From Trichosphaerium sp. ATCC 40318 (Eukaryota > Protista > Tubulinea), in assembly GCA_038496445.1 (NCBI GenBank), contig JALMLS010000438.1:124001-188000 (forward strand): a stretch of DNA of 64,000 nucleotides. Direction: 5' to 3'. Both the position numbers and the translations under genes were made by a program. Below, piece by piece: positions 25,924 to 38,241 of this stretch; positions within the stretch are counted from its first letter, which is position 1; the number at the start of each line of letters is the position of its first letter. The notes beneath the pieces are model-generated. The model was not told where the DNA came from and searched no databases. It saw nothing but the letters and a program-made list of their open reading frames with translations.

Positions 25924-28900
25924 ATGGCAGAACCACATAACGAAGAAAACCCGAAGTTAACAGGTCAAAAAACCAATGCTATTTTTTTTTAAGTTTATTT
26001 ATTGAAATACGTAGTTGAAGCAACCAACAAGCTTGATTGTGATGACTGCGCGCATGTACTTGAAGTTGTGTTCTTATTTACAGGTGTTGTAGTTTCTTCA
26101 ATCAAACAGCTAACCGCGATATTAGTATGTAATGGACACAATAAACTTGTTTCTACCTTGATTGAAGTAAATGTAAATATTAACGCTGCAGACAAGAATG
26201 GACACACACCTTTAATACACGCAGGTAATGTCATTTAACACTACGTAATTTAGCTTACTTCATCTTAGCTTCTAGAGGACTTAATGAAATTGTGTTAAGA
26301 TTAATAAAAGCAGATGCTAATATCAATGCTGTTGATAAATTTGAATGGACAGCTTTAATACATGCAGGTAGGTGTCTGAGCTAATTCCAAATCTACTCAT
26401 GTATTATTTAGCAATAAATGGTCACCATGAAGTTGTACATACATTAATAGAAGCAAAAGCAGCTATTGATGCAGAAGACGTCAATAAATGGACAGCGTTA
26501 ACACATGCAGGTAGCCATTTAACATAACTAACAATTAAGCTTAACATATCATAGCGTGTGAAGGACACAATGATGTTGTTTCAATATTAATAAAAGCTGG
26601 TGCTAATATTAATACGTTTGATAACGGTAAACGGACAGCTTTAATACATGCAGGTAGTTTCATTTAATACAAAAATACTATTAAGTTTAACTCATATCAT
26701 AGCGTGTGAAGGACATAATGATGTTGTTTCAAGATTAATAGAAGCAAAAGTTGACCTTAACAAACAAACTAAAATGCATAAGCGCACAGCTTTAATTGTT
26801 GCAGGTGGAGTGAGACAATACGCACAAAACAACTTACATTCCTGTAGCACAGAAAGGCCACTATGAAATTGTGTCAACATTAACAAAAGCTGGTGCAAAT
26901 GTTAATATGTTTGATGAAAATAGATGTACAGCCTTGATGATTGCAGGTAAGTAGCTTCTACAACTAAATATTAACACATCTATAGCACAGAACGGTCACA
27001 TTGAAATTGTGTCAACATTGTTAGCAGCAGGCGCAGAAAAAGAGTTGGTCGATGAAGATGGAGAAACAGCTTTAATGAGCGCAGGTATTGTCACAACATG
27101 AAATACAACCAAGGCTAATAAAAACTTCAGTGTATCACAATCACAATGAAGTTGTGTCAATATTATTAAAAGCAAACGCAAATATTGATGTTCGTGGTGA
27201 ATATAAACGGACACCTTTAATGCTTGCAGGTAATGTCATTTACCACAAAGTGAAATGAAGTGCAACTCATATCTTCCTTAGCGGTGACAGGACATGCTCA
27301 AGTTGCTTCAACATTAATAGAAAAACAAGCAAACATTAATGCAAAAGATAGTGATGGACGTACAGCTTTAATACATGCTGGTAGTGTCAGATATACTAAG
27401 TTCAAATCTAACTCACTTCATCTTTAGCACTAAATTGTCACCATGAAGTTATCGCTGTATTAACAAAAGCAAAGGCAGACATCCTTGCTGTTGATAACAA
27501 TAATTGGACGGCCTTAATGCATGCAGGTAGTATCACAATAAAGTACACCCATTTGTGGCTCACAATATTGTATAGCTACAAAAAGCAATGATGAGGTGGT
27601 TGCACACTTAATCAAAGCACATGAAAATATTCCTGCTATTGATGATTGTGGTGAACAAGTAGACAAAGATATATTTAATTCAGGTTGTATTTCAATTTGT
27701 TAATGGTTACTAACACCATTTAGGAGAAAAACCTTCGTTGTTTTATAAATTGTTAAAGGCAACTAATGGTATCATAACCAGTAAAGTACTATGGCAAGAT
27801 TTTTTTCGTTTTGTGTTTATCAGAGTGATTTCAGAACACCTTGTGTCTGTTGAATCATTTATAACATTCTTAACACATTGTCCAAATGGTCAAAAAAGCG
27901 AAAAACTGTGGGCAGCATGTTTGTCCGTCATTAAAGACCAATATTGGAAAGAAACCACAGTAGAATGGTTACAATACTTGGTATGCACTATTGTTTTATT
28001 GAATTTGCTGATTAAGTAAAGCCATCACGCTCTTATTTTAAACTTGCAATGCAAAAAGGTATCTATTTTTTAATACGTGTATTTGATCCCAAAAAAACCT
28101 TGTCTCCAGTACGTCTGTTCAACAATACTATATTTTAATAATCCCTTCTTTTTATAGGACTTTTGGCACTGTGATGGAGAACTAATGAAAGGTATATTAT
28201 GTGATTTGCCTGACTCCATGTGGAGTTGTAAAATTCAATATGATTCTCCAAAAGAAGGGTGTAGGTAAAATTAACCCTTGCAACAAATACTTCAATTCAA
28301 ATAGTACCTAGAAGTGATAACGCATGGGATTTGAACCCACGTTTGGAATATGCATATAATTGGGACAGGTCTAAAAACACGTGCGTTCAATGTCATATTT
28401 TTGGTTTTAAGTAATTCAATTTTGTACAAAGAGGTATTATTACAAAAGCGACACACTACAGAACGCTGAATCTTCTTGATTCCAGTGACAAAGTAGCTGT
28501 CAGAGAATTCAAGATCCTTCAACAAGAGATGTCAAAAATGCATGGCTATGACAAATACAATATCATTGAAGCGACTCTTGTTTACAATGAAATCTTGACT
28601 GAAAGCTTTGGTCGATACAATGTCATACTAAACCACAGGCATCAGTACGTTTACTAAGACCATTTAATGAGTTCTAACATGTGTTTATAATAGAGAACTA
28701 CCTACATTGTTTAAAAAAGATTGGAGGAAGGATGTACAAAAGAAGTACAAAGAGAGCGTTTACGTAAAATACAATGCCGTTCCCACTCAACAGTATCAAA
28801 GTGCTGATAATAAAGACAGTTCTGAAAAAGGGGTAATTGAAAATAAAGTACTTACACTCACATACCTGTTATTTAGGTACCAGTGATATTGATGGTTCAT

Positions 28901-30028
28901 GGAACAACTGAGAAAGCAGCTTACAGTATTGTCAAGGCTGGATTTGGAACTGTAAGTTCTTTGGATGCTGGATACTATGGTCAAGGCATTTATTTTACAG
29001 TATGTACAAAACAGTGTTGCATGTTATTCACTTTGCTAATTCCACTTCAGCGGAGTATACAGTATGCCTGTTCGTATGGTAATGGAGGAACCAAAGAAAA
29101 AACAGTTATTTTGAGTCTTGTCACTCCTGGCAACGTATATCCTGTACATATGCAAACAATACTTTAATCACTATGTATTAATTGATAATTGCAAAAAGGT
29201 AAACCCAAGCGATAAGTTGGAAGGACAGCCAATAAAACCGGGATACCAAAGTCACTACACATTGGTTGATCGCAAAGGTAGACCAGTTACAGAAGATAAA
29301 GTGACCAATGCAGTGTATGATGAGCTTGTTATTGGACAAGGTACACGGAAAAACAAATAATATTTCCCGCTACAACTATTGTTATGTCATTAGATACTCA
29401 AGCTGTTGCTCGCTATGTCCTCAAACTTGCACCAAACAAGCAAAGTAAAAAAAGAATCAAAACAAAACCCAAGAAAGGAGATAAAAAAGGTGCAAACGAA
29501 CAAACTAAAAAAGATCAAGTTTCAGAGCTTGATGATGGTTCTAATGATGATCTTTCCGATGATGAAGATAATTTTATTAGTAACCGGTAATACATTACAA
29601 TTTCTAGTTCTTAAACTTATTGTTGTACTAGAAAATTGTGGGCTGCCCATGATGTGGACGCAACCGGTTACCAACAATCAAGTACTAATGTCAATCTCGA
29701 ACAAGAAGCTCAAGTAGCTAGCCAAGAAGTTGAGAAACCAAAGAAGAGCAATGCAAGTACAAAGGAACTTCAGGAAGCAAAACATGAAGTATACAAACTG
29801 AAGAAGAGTAACGAGAATTTACAGCAAACCAATGCAAAGCAACAACAACATATTGCCAACTTAACACAAGACAATATGAAACTTGCGAAAAGCAACGCCA
29901 ACCTGAAGCAAGACAATTCAACTAAGCAACAAGACATTATCAAGTTATCAAAAACCGTGACTAGCTTACAAGAGACCAACGCCGTGCTACTTGCTAAAAT
30001 AGTTCGCCTTGAAGGCACAAACAAGTAG
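25924..30028 (+). CDS. Ankyrin-array + helical region + PARP catalytic domain + coiled coil (paralog B)
   Basis: MAEPHNEENPKLT. 11 single-repeat phase-1 ankyrin exons at 26126-27683 (nine of 99 nt, one of 102, one degenerate of 108). PARP motifs MVHGT, AGYYGQGIYFT, SIQYA and YDELVIGQDTQAVARYVL. Lys-rich/acidic linker, then C-terminal coiled coil ending LEGTNK*. Confidence 0.92.
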
Positions 30029-30680
30029 CTTTCCATGACCTATAACCAATATTAATTAGCATAAATAAACAATCTTATTTTACTCTTTGTTTATTGTCCT
30101 ATCATACATCAAGAATTGTCGTTTAAAGGATGAGCAGCTTTCCTATACTAAATGAGTTTTTTGTGAGAATAGGCTACAAGCACCACAGCGCCAATATAGA
30201 GTGAACGGTAACGTGACACACCAATGTGATGCCACCAAAGTGCTTATGGGCTGTATTTGCTACAGGGTTAAAACGCGTGTCCAGTGCGACTCGGTGCACC
30301 GGTTGTACTCATACAGTGTTAGGTTGTGTACTGTGGTGAGTCAACTCTAGTTCAGTCACATGCCCGAGTCCGGGTTAAAATCAACACTAAGTCATCTACT
30401 GTACTTACTAAACACCACTGTTTTTATGACTTTGGGACTCATTTTGGTTGATTGTGCATGTTGAAACAGGTTGAATCAGCCTCTGTCAGGGTTAAAAACA
30501 GACCTGAGTGCGATTCACCCTTTATGAGGGATACTCATGTCACCCAAAAAATTTTGAGTCGACTTTGCGTTGAAAATGTTATGACATCAAACAGTATTTT
30601 CTTGATGTAAACAAGGCACAATAAGGTATGCTAAATAATTGTTTATTGTATTAATGAACGTTGGCTGTTCATTACATTAC

Positions 30681-33600
30681 CTACTTGTTTGTGCCTTCAA
30701 GTTGGGCTATTTTGGCAAGTAGGCTAGTGATGGTTTGTGATAAGTTGATATTGTCTTCCTTCAGTTTGAGATTCTCTTGTTGCAAGTTGTTGACGGTTTC
30801 TGTTAAGTTGACACTTTGTTGTTGCTTTGAATTGGTTTGCTGAAAGTTCTCGCTGCTCTTCTTCAGTGTGTCTACTTCATGTTTTGCGTCATTGGTACTT
30901 GATTGTTGGTCATCAGTTGTACCCACGTGGGCACCCCACAATTTACTAGCACAATAATAAACAAGAAAAAGAATTATGAGAAAAGAAATAGTAAAGTCTT
31001 ACCGGTTACTAATAAAATTATCTTCATCATCGGAAAGATCATCATCTGAATCATCATCTTTTCGCTCTGAAACTGTGATTGGTTTAGTTTATTTGAACAA
31101 CATGCCAAGATATTTGTGTACCAGTCTTTTTAGCAGTTTTCTTGGCCTTTTTTGTTTTTTTCTTGTTTTTACGCTCGCTCGGTTTTGGAGCAACTTTGAT
31201 GATATAGCGAGCAACAGCTTGAGTATCTGAACACAGTGTTAGTTTATAGATCATAATTTCGCTTTTGTTTTTTTTCGTGTACCTTGTCCAACAACAAGCT
31301 CATCGTACACTGCACTGGTCACTTCATCTTCTGTGACAGGTCTACCTTTGCGATCAACCAATGTGTAATGACTTTGGTATCCTGGTTTTATTGGCTGTCC
31401 TCTCAGAGTGTCTGTTGGTTTTACCTTTTTGTTATCATTAATACATTCATGGATATAAACTTGTTTATGTACAGGAAATACGTTGCCAGGAGTGACAAGA
31501 CTCAAAATAAGCGTTTTTTCTTTTCTTCCTCCTGTTGTATCATACGATGCAGCATATTTTATACTCCTCTTTATAAAAGCAGTTAATATAACAGTGAGAC
31601 CTTGTGCTTTTACATACTGTGAAGTATATTCCTTGACCATAGTATCCAGCATCCAAAGCACTGACAGTTCCAAATCCAGCCTTTACAATACTATAAGCTG
31701 CTGCTTCACTTGTTCCGTGAACCATCATTATCACTGGTGACTACATAACAGGTATGTGAGTGTAAGATACTATGTGATAAACGTTACCCCTGCTTCCGAA
31801 CTGTCTTGGTTGTCAGTACTTTGATATGGCAGAGTGGGTATTGCGTTGTATTTTGAGTAAACACCCTCTTTGTACTTCTTTTTGATGTCATCTCTCCAAC
31901 CTTGCTTCTTAAACAATGCAGGTAGTTCTCTATATACATGTTAGAATTCATTAAAGACTTTAGCAAACGTACTGATGCCTGTGTTTTACTACAACATTGT
32001 ATCGACCAAAGCTTTCAGTCAAGATTTCATTGTAAACAAGAGTCGCTTCAACAACATCATATTGATCATGGCCATGCATTTTAGACATCTCTTCTTGAAG
32101 GATCTTGAGTTCTCTGACAGATACTTTGTCACTGGAATCAAGAAGATTCAGCGTTCTGTAGTGTGTCGCTTTTGTATTAATACCCCTTTTTTCAAACTAA
32201 GTAAAGAAAGCGACAATATGACTTTGAACGCACGTGTTTTTAGATCTGTCCCAATTATTTGCAAAATATAATCGGCGATTTAGATCCCATGGGTTCTTAC
32301 TTTTTAATCCTTGAGATTCTTTAGTACTTCTTAATTAAGAACATGTAGTGACTTGTACCAACTGTGATTGCATTGGATGCGTCGAGCCCATAGGATGCAT
32401 TGGATAATATCCTTTCTTGTACCCATGTATTACTCCATGCATCATCAGGCATATCAGATACGATACCCAGCATTAATCCTTCATCTCGTTTCCAAAAGCT
32501 CTGTACAAAAGTAATTACAAAGTACAATACCAATTTCGTGGAGATAATACCTGTAAAGATACGCCTTTATCACAGCAATACGAACATATCAGATAACTAA
32601 CACCTTTTTCCATTACCAGGTTAAAGTAAAACCGTGTTGGCTTAAGTTGTGTGAGCGGTAAAAAACTTAACATATTATTTCATACCAAGTCTTGAAGCCA
32701 ATCAAGACTTTGTCCAAAACCACATTCCAAGTTTGATGGACAAGATTTCCACAGTTCGCGGCATTGTTTACCACTTGGACAATATTTCAAGAAAGTTACA
32801 AACGCATCAACAGCACCAGGGTCATCTGCTATCACTCGCTCCAACAACATGGCAAGAAAGTCTTGCCACTTTTTTTCGTCTGGTATTATACCTAAAACCA
32901 AACAACTAAGTAAGAGCTCAAACTTTGAAATTCTAACTCACGAGTACCACTTCTTTGTTTGTCACCAGCATCAAGATCTGCATTGGCTTTGAAGAATAGA
33001 GGTAACATTGTATTGTGCCCTTTTTTTACTGAATAGTAACATTAGCAATTACGTAAAATGTCACATACACTTGCCGGCGATAATCAAAGCTGTGTTTCCA
33101 TCTTTATCGACAGCATCAATATTTGCACCAGCATTAATTAACGCTGACACCAATTTATTGTGTCCTTTTTTTGCTGTATTGTAACATGAGCAAATATATT
33201 GTATATTTTAGTACCTGCAATAATCAAAGCTGTATTTCCACGTTTATCAACAGCCTCAATATTTGCTTTGGCATCAATTAATGTCAATGCAATTTCAGTG
33301 AGTCCCCTTTTTGCTAGTTCTGTGAGCGAGGATATGTTGTATTTCGTATGTCACAATACCTGAATAAATCCAAGCTGTCTTTCCTTCTGTGTCAACAGCC
33401 TCTTTATTTGCACTGGCTTTAATTAGTGTAGATAACACTTCATTATGACCTTCATAAGCTAAATAATCACGTGAGCAAATACATTATGTCTCATATGTAA
33501 AATGAAATTACCTGCGTAGATCAAAGGTGTTTTACCATATGTATCAGCAGCCTCAATATTTGCATTGGCATTGATTAGTGCCGATACAACTTTGTTGTAT

Positions 33601-34817
33601 CCTCTTTTGGCTAAATAGAAACACGTGAGCAAAGACATGTTGTATCTTATAGTTGACAGTACCTGCATAAATCAAAGATGTTCTTCCATATCCATCAATA
33701 GCCTCTATATTTGCAGTGGCATTGACTAGCATCGATACAATTTCGCTATGTCCTTGTTTTGCTAAATAGAACATTAACAAACACATTTTGTATCTTGTTA
33801 TTACCTGCATTCAGCAAAGCTGTTGTTCTGAAGTTGTACGCTAAATAATAATGTAAGCGTGATAGATACGTTGTATTCACATGTCAGTACCTGCATCAAT
33901 TAGCGCTGCCTTTTCATCTTCATCAGCAGCCTCAATATATTTTTTATTGGCATCAATTAACATTGATACGATTTTCTCCTTTCCTTCCGTTGCTAAATAG
34001 TAAGGTAAGTAAACAAAAGTTGATGCCATATAATATGGATATTACCTGCATAAATCAAAGCTGAATCTCCATACTTATCAACAGCATTAATATTTGCTTT
34101 GGCGTTAATCAACATTGATGCGATTTTATTACATCCTTTTCTTGCCACTTCACTGAATCCGTAGAATGCTAAATAACAACATGAGCAAAGACATGTCGTA
34201 TCTTGTATGTCGACTTTCGTGTTTTTAAAACACACATTTTTTGGACAAGAGCATAAAATTTTGAGTTTTCTAGCGCATTCGATCACGTAAACCCTTTGTT
34301 GGAGTAAGAAAAGGTACGCAATAGGACTTTGCCTACCAAATCGCCCCAAAGAAAACTCATAATTTTATGCTTTTGTCCGAACTTTTCTTTTCAGGTAGAA
34401 TTTACTTTGTAATTATCTGTGGGCATAAGGTATTCATCACAAAAGTTCTTTGCCCAAAAAAAAAAGTCCAGTTTTCGAAAGTCAACCTTATTTTCCTTCC
34501 ACGTTGACAATGTAACATTTACCTGCGCTTATCAAAGCTGTATATCCAATCCTATCCGCAACATCAACATTTATATTCGCTTTAATTAATGAAGAAACAA
34601 TATCAGCGTAGCCATTTTGGGCTACAATAAGTTAGATAACTTCTTGCTTAAACAAACTTTTTCGTACCTGCATAAAACCACGCAAATTTTATAAGACCAC
34701 TTGAAACTTTATTGGTCTGTTTAACTAGTAATAAAGGTATTGTTAACAACCATATAATAATAAAGCTCTGTTCTCACCTGCTACTTGTTGGTTTTCTTCA
34801 CTCTGTGGCTCCGTCAT
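30681..34817 (-). CDS. Ankyrin-array + helical region + PARP catalytic domain + coiled coil (paralog C)
   Basis: MTEPQSEENQQVA. 10 ankyrin exons at 32948-34621, including a 123-nt fused exon and a 36-nt truncated one. 14-nt micro-exon 32551-32564. MVHGT, GYYGQGIYFT, SIKYA, YDELVVGQDTQAVARY. Ends LEGTNK*. Convergent with paralog B. Confidence 0.92.
34209..34486. mobile_element. Small inverted-repeat element in an ankyrin intron of paralog C
   Basis: 11-bp terminal IR gtcgactttcg / cgaaagtcaac, and a 31-bp internal IR at 34241-34271 / 34350-34380 (28/31 matches). Host intron is 354 nt versus about 45 nt typical. Confidence 0.6.
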
Positions 34818-35520
34818 GACGTGTTGTTACTCTGAAGTTAGCGTAAAGAAATACTTAAGATTGTGTGACTTGACCTCTCACATTTTTCGTGAACTGCTTT
34901 AGATTTTGTGTTACGGTTTTTGGTTCTATGTACTTTCGCTAATCAATACTGTGTTCCTTGTGTTGAAAGCGCAATACAAATTACGTTGTACAAAAAAACG
35001 TTTCAAAGCAGCTTTTCAATACCACGTGTTGAATAACTCCACGAGGTAAAGTAGTGAGATACTCCGTTCTTGAAGACTTGGCAGTATTTGCAGAAATACG
35101 TCTTGAATGACCTGATAGAAGCACTTCAACCGGAGCAAAGTGACCGTTTCGAGACAATCGTTCCCAAAAAGGGCACTCAATATTGCGCTAGTTTGTAGTT
35201 TTGCTGTTTTCAACTCCGCTATCTCTCCGAGATTTACCCATTCTGTTTCATCACATTTATAGTTAGAAGGATGCGTAAGGGATGTAGTATACAGATATGT
35301 GGAGCTATACGTATTGTGATGCCTAGAAAGCGCAAGTGCGATTCCGAGACTGAAAAAAATGCTTGCGTGTAAATTGTAGCTAAAGTTATAAATAAAACTA
35401 CGTTCCACGTGTTTCGCGAAACGAAGAATTTTTACAACAAATACGTATTTTCAACTTACAAAGCCCATGTGGGTGATGGCGTCAATGAATTGGTACAGCT
35501 TTTCACGATAAAGCATGAAT

Positions 35521-35805
35521 TTAGAGCGTAAACGTCCATGGCATTAAATTAAAAGCGTTTACATTGAATCTACTTCTTTGTTCAAGTTGAGCTATTTTGG
35601 CAAGTAGATCAGTGAAGGTTTTCGATAATTTGATATTGTATTGGTGCAAGTTATTGACGGTTTCTTTTAAGTTGGCAAGTTGTTGTTGCTTTGCATTGGT
35701 TTGCTGTAAACTTTCATTACTTTCCTTTAGTTTGGCCACCTCACTTGCTTCCTGTAATTCTTGTTCTAGATCATCGTAATTGATATCTTTGGTACTTGCT
35801 TGGTC
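35521..35805 (-). pseudogene. Orphan terminal coiled-coil exon of a fourth ANK-PARP paralog
   Basis: QASTKDINYDDLEQELQEASEVAKLKESNESLQQTNAKQQQLANL...LLAKIAQLE is clearly homologous to the last exon of B and C. No PARP or ankyrin exons upstream of it. Confidence 0.75.
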
Positions 35806-36046
35806 TCATCCGCATGGGTTCAGTTTAGTGAAAGTGACAAACAAGTTTTATTGAGTTGATTTTCGCTACAGTTTGCTTTGTCCAACCCTGTTCATCACAA
35901 TATTTTACTGAATCATAGTCATTAAGAAGTCTAGGTTAACCGTCTTTCAGAACCTAAATGGTTAACCAGTTTGTAACCGGAAAAGTAAGACCTCTACACT
36001 GCACCAACTATTTTGTTTTGAAAAAAACTGCCTGAGCTTTCTTAGG

Positions 36047-36766
36047 CTATTGTTTATAAAATGATAACGTTGATATTATAGATGGTCTCAGACTATTGTC
36101 TTTACCATTTACATAATGCCGTTTTGATATCAATTGGCCACTCCTATCCCACTCTTTTGACTCTCCGTTAAGAACGCCATTTGTTAAATAACATTGTTTC
36201 CTGAGTTGTCCGTTTTTATACCAACAATTATGCTCACCTTCTTGTTTACCATTAACATAATAACGTTCCTCCCATAGTTGTCCCGTTTTATGCCAGTGTT
36301 TAAACTCACCTTCTAGTTTGTCATTGACATAAAAACAATGTTTCAGTGGTTGACCATTACCATACCACACCTTGTGTTCTCCTTCAAGCATGCCATTATT
36401 ATAAAAACTATGTTTCCAAAGGCAACCCCAAAGGTACCACTTCTTGTACTCTCCATCAAGTTTTGCGTTAACATAGTTGCAGTTTATAAAGCAGTTCCCA
36501 TTATCATACCATTCTTTGTATTCTCCATCAATACTTCCATGTATCCAACGAGTTGTAGCATGAATCATCGTTTGGTTGTTTTTTCTCTTTTGTTTTACCC
36601 ATTTCCCATGTTTCTTTAGCTCGTAGTCAAACCTTGATGTTGTTGCTGTTCGTTTTGATAGTATTGACCATTTAATAGATGTTTCTATGTCCAAATCGAT
36701 AATATCAAGGTGTATCTCTGTTGGGAGGTTAAATATATGACAAACAGTCACTTTGGAGGAACTCAT
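36047..36766 (-). CDS. Intronless F-box-like + MORN-variant repeat protein
   Basis: IFNLPTEIHLDII F-box-like start, then about six 24-aa repeats GEYKxWYxNGQLxxxCxYVNGKLE. Confidence 0.85.
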   Translation of the reverse strand: MSSSKVTVCHIFNLPTEIHLDIIDLDIETSIKWSILSKRTATTSRFDYELKKHGKWVKQKRKNNQTMIHATTRWIHGSIDGEYKEWYDNGNCFINCNYVNAKLDGEYKKWYLWGCLWKHSFYNNGMLEGEHKVWYGNGQPLKHCFYVNDKLEGEFKHWHKTGQLWEERYYVNGKQEGEHNCWYKNGQLRKQCYLTNGVLNGESKEWDRSGQLISKRHYVNGKDNSLRPSIISTLSFYKQ

Positions 36767-38241
36767 TTGTATTATTTGAAGTGCTTGCGGCAAAAAGCTG
36801 TTTCGCTCACATTGTACTGGTCTTCCACAAGTCAACCTTAAATTATGTACTCCAACATGGATTCAATCAAGTTCCTGGCCACTAGCGGGATTACCATGTA
36901 TTCCGCCTGCATAGTTAGTAACTCCTTGAACTTTTAACATTAAACCTAAAAAGTTTAAAAAACTGTAATGGTCTTTTGATGGTTTTTATTGCGGGTTATC
37001 TTTCTTCGGTATACCAGGTTTTTCTTATTTATCAATGCCAATACAGTGTTTACAACATTTCTTGATACTTTCTAAACATCATTGTAAATATTCTAGAGTT
37101 AACGTTGTCACGTGGTATTATCCAAAAAAAAAATTGTATGAACCAAAATCTTGATTTCGTTTACGTGTGATTTGTCAGTTTATAATTGAACCAATAACAT
37201 AATACACTATGTACTCTTTTGGTGTTTCAGTCTTGGGGACGCATAGGTTCGAATAAGAAGATTCCAGAATTGTAGAAAAGGTCTGACTTTTTAACTAAAT
37301 CAACAATTGTTTACCAAAAAAAACCGTATATTTGTGGGTGCCTGTTTTAACCTCAGGACTAATACCTACAAAAGAATTATCGCTATCCAACGTTTTAACC
37401 GAACAAAAGATGTGCATTTATAGCATGCAAGAAACGAGATTGGATCTGTGGCTTTTTTTTTCGAAGGTCAATGGAAATTCGTCGTAGAGGGAAACACCGA
37501 AAACGGCCTGTATCTCTCGTAAAACAACGTCTAAGCGGTTCTAGATACGATACAGATAAATAAAGCTAGTTTTTGTTAAAAAAAACGGTTGGATTTTTGT
37601 TGCTATTTCTATTTATATTCAATACGCGTGGACGCAATAAAATGTGGTGAATACTCTTTTAAGAGCGTATTAGGTTCAACGATTAGTTATTTGTGCACTT
37701 TCATAAACGAAAAATCGCCCGAAAGCACAGAAACAACAAACCAATAGTCGTGTTGGATGTTTTTTTTTATAAACTCATAACCTCAGCACACAACGGGTAT
37801 GTAGATAGCTACGATAGTTACAACGGTGTTCTCGGTGCCATGAAAACTGAATATTTTCAGGATAGGCCTCTAGTCTTGCAACCGTGTAGCCTAATATAGC
37901 ATAAAAGAAGAAAGCACTTTGAGGCACCAATCCAAAAAAACTAAAATTCTGCCAAAAAAGGCAGGTACAAAGAATTTTTGTGTGGTGTGCCCTAGAAGTC
38001 GCTTCTCTTCCCTGCTGTCAGGTCTTCTTCCACATAACCCCTATGAAAAATGCGTAAAAAACATAGCATAGGCAGTGTTAATCGACCTGCAGCTTGAAAG
38101 ATGTAATGATGTAACTACATCATGCATTGTCGAATACTTCTGTTCTGTGCACCACAGCTGTTTACTGCAGTATGGCGAATAAACGGTTCAAATTTGACGT
38201 GCAGGACCATCAACTTGCAGAGACTACATTCAATGCATTTA

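Noticed and set aside
30263-30520. Three gggttaaaa words between the convergent PARP genes, telomere-like
   Set aside because: Not tandem and only loosely similar flanks; insufficient for a telomeric or TE call.
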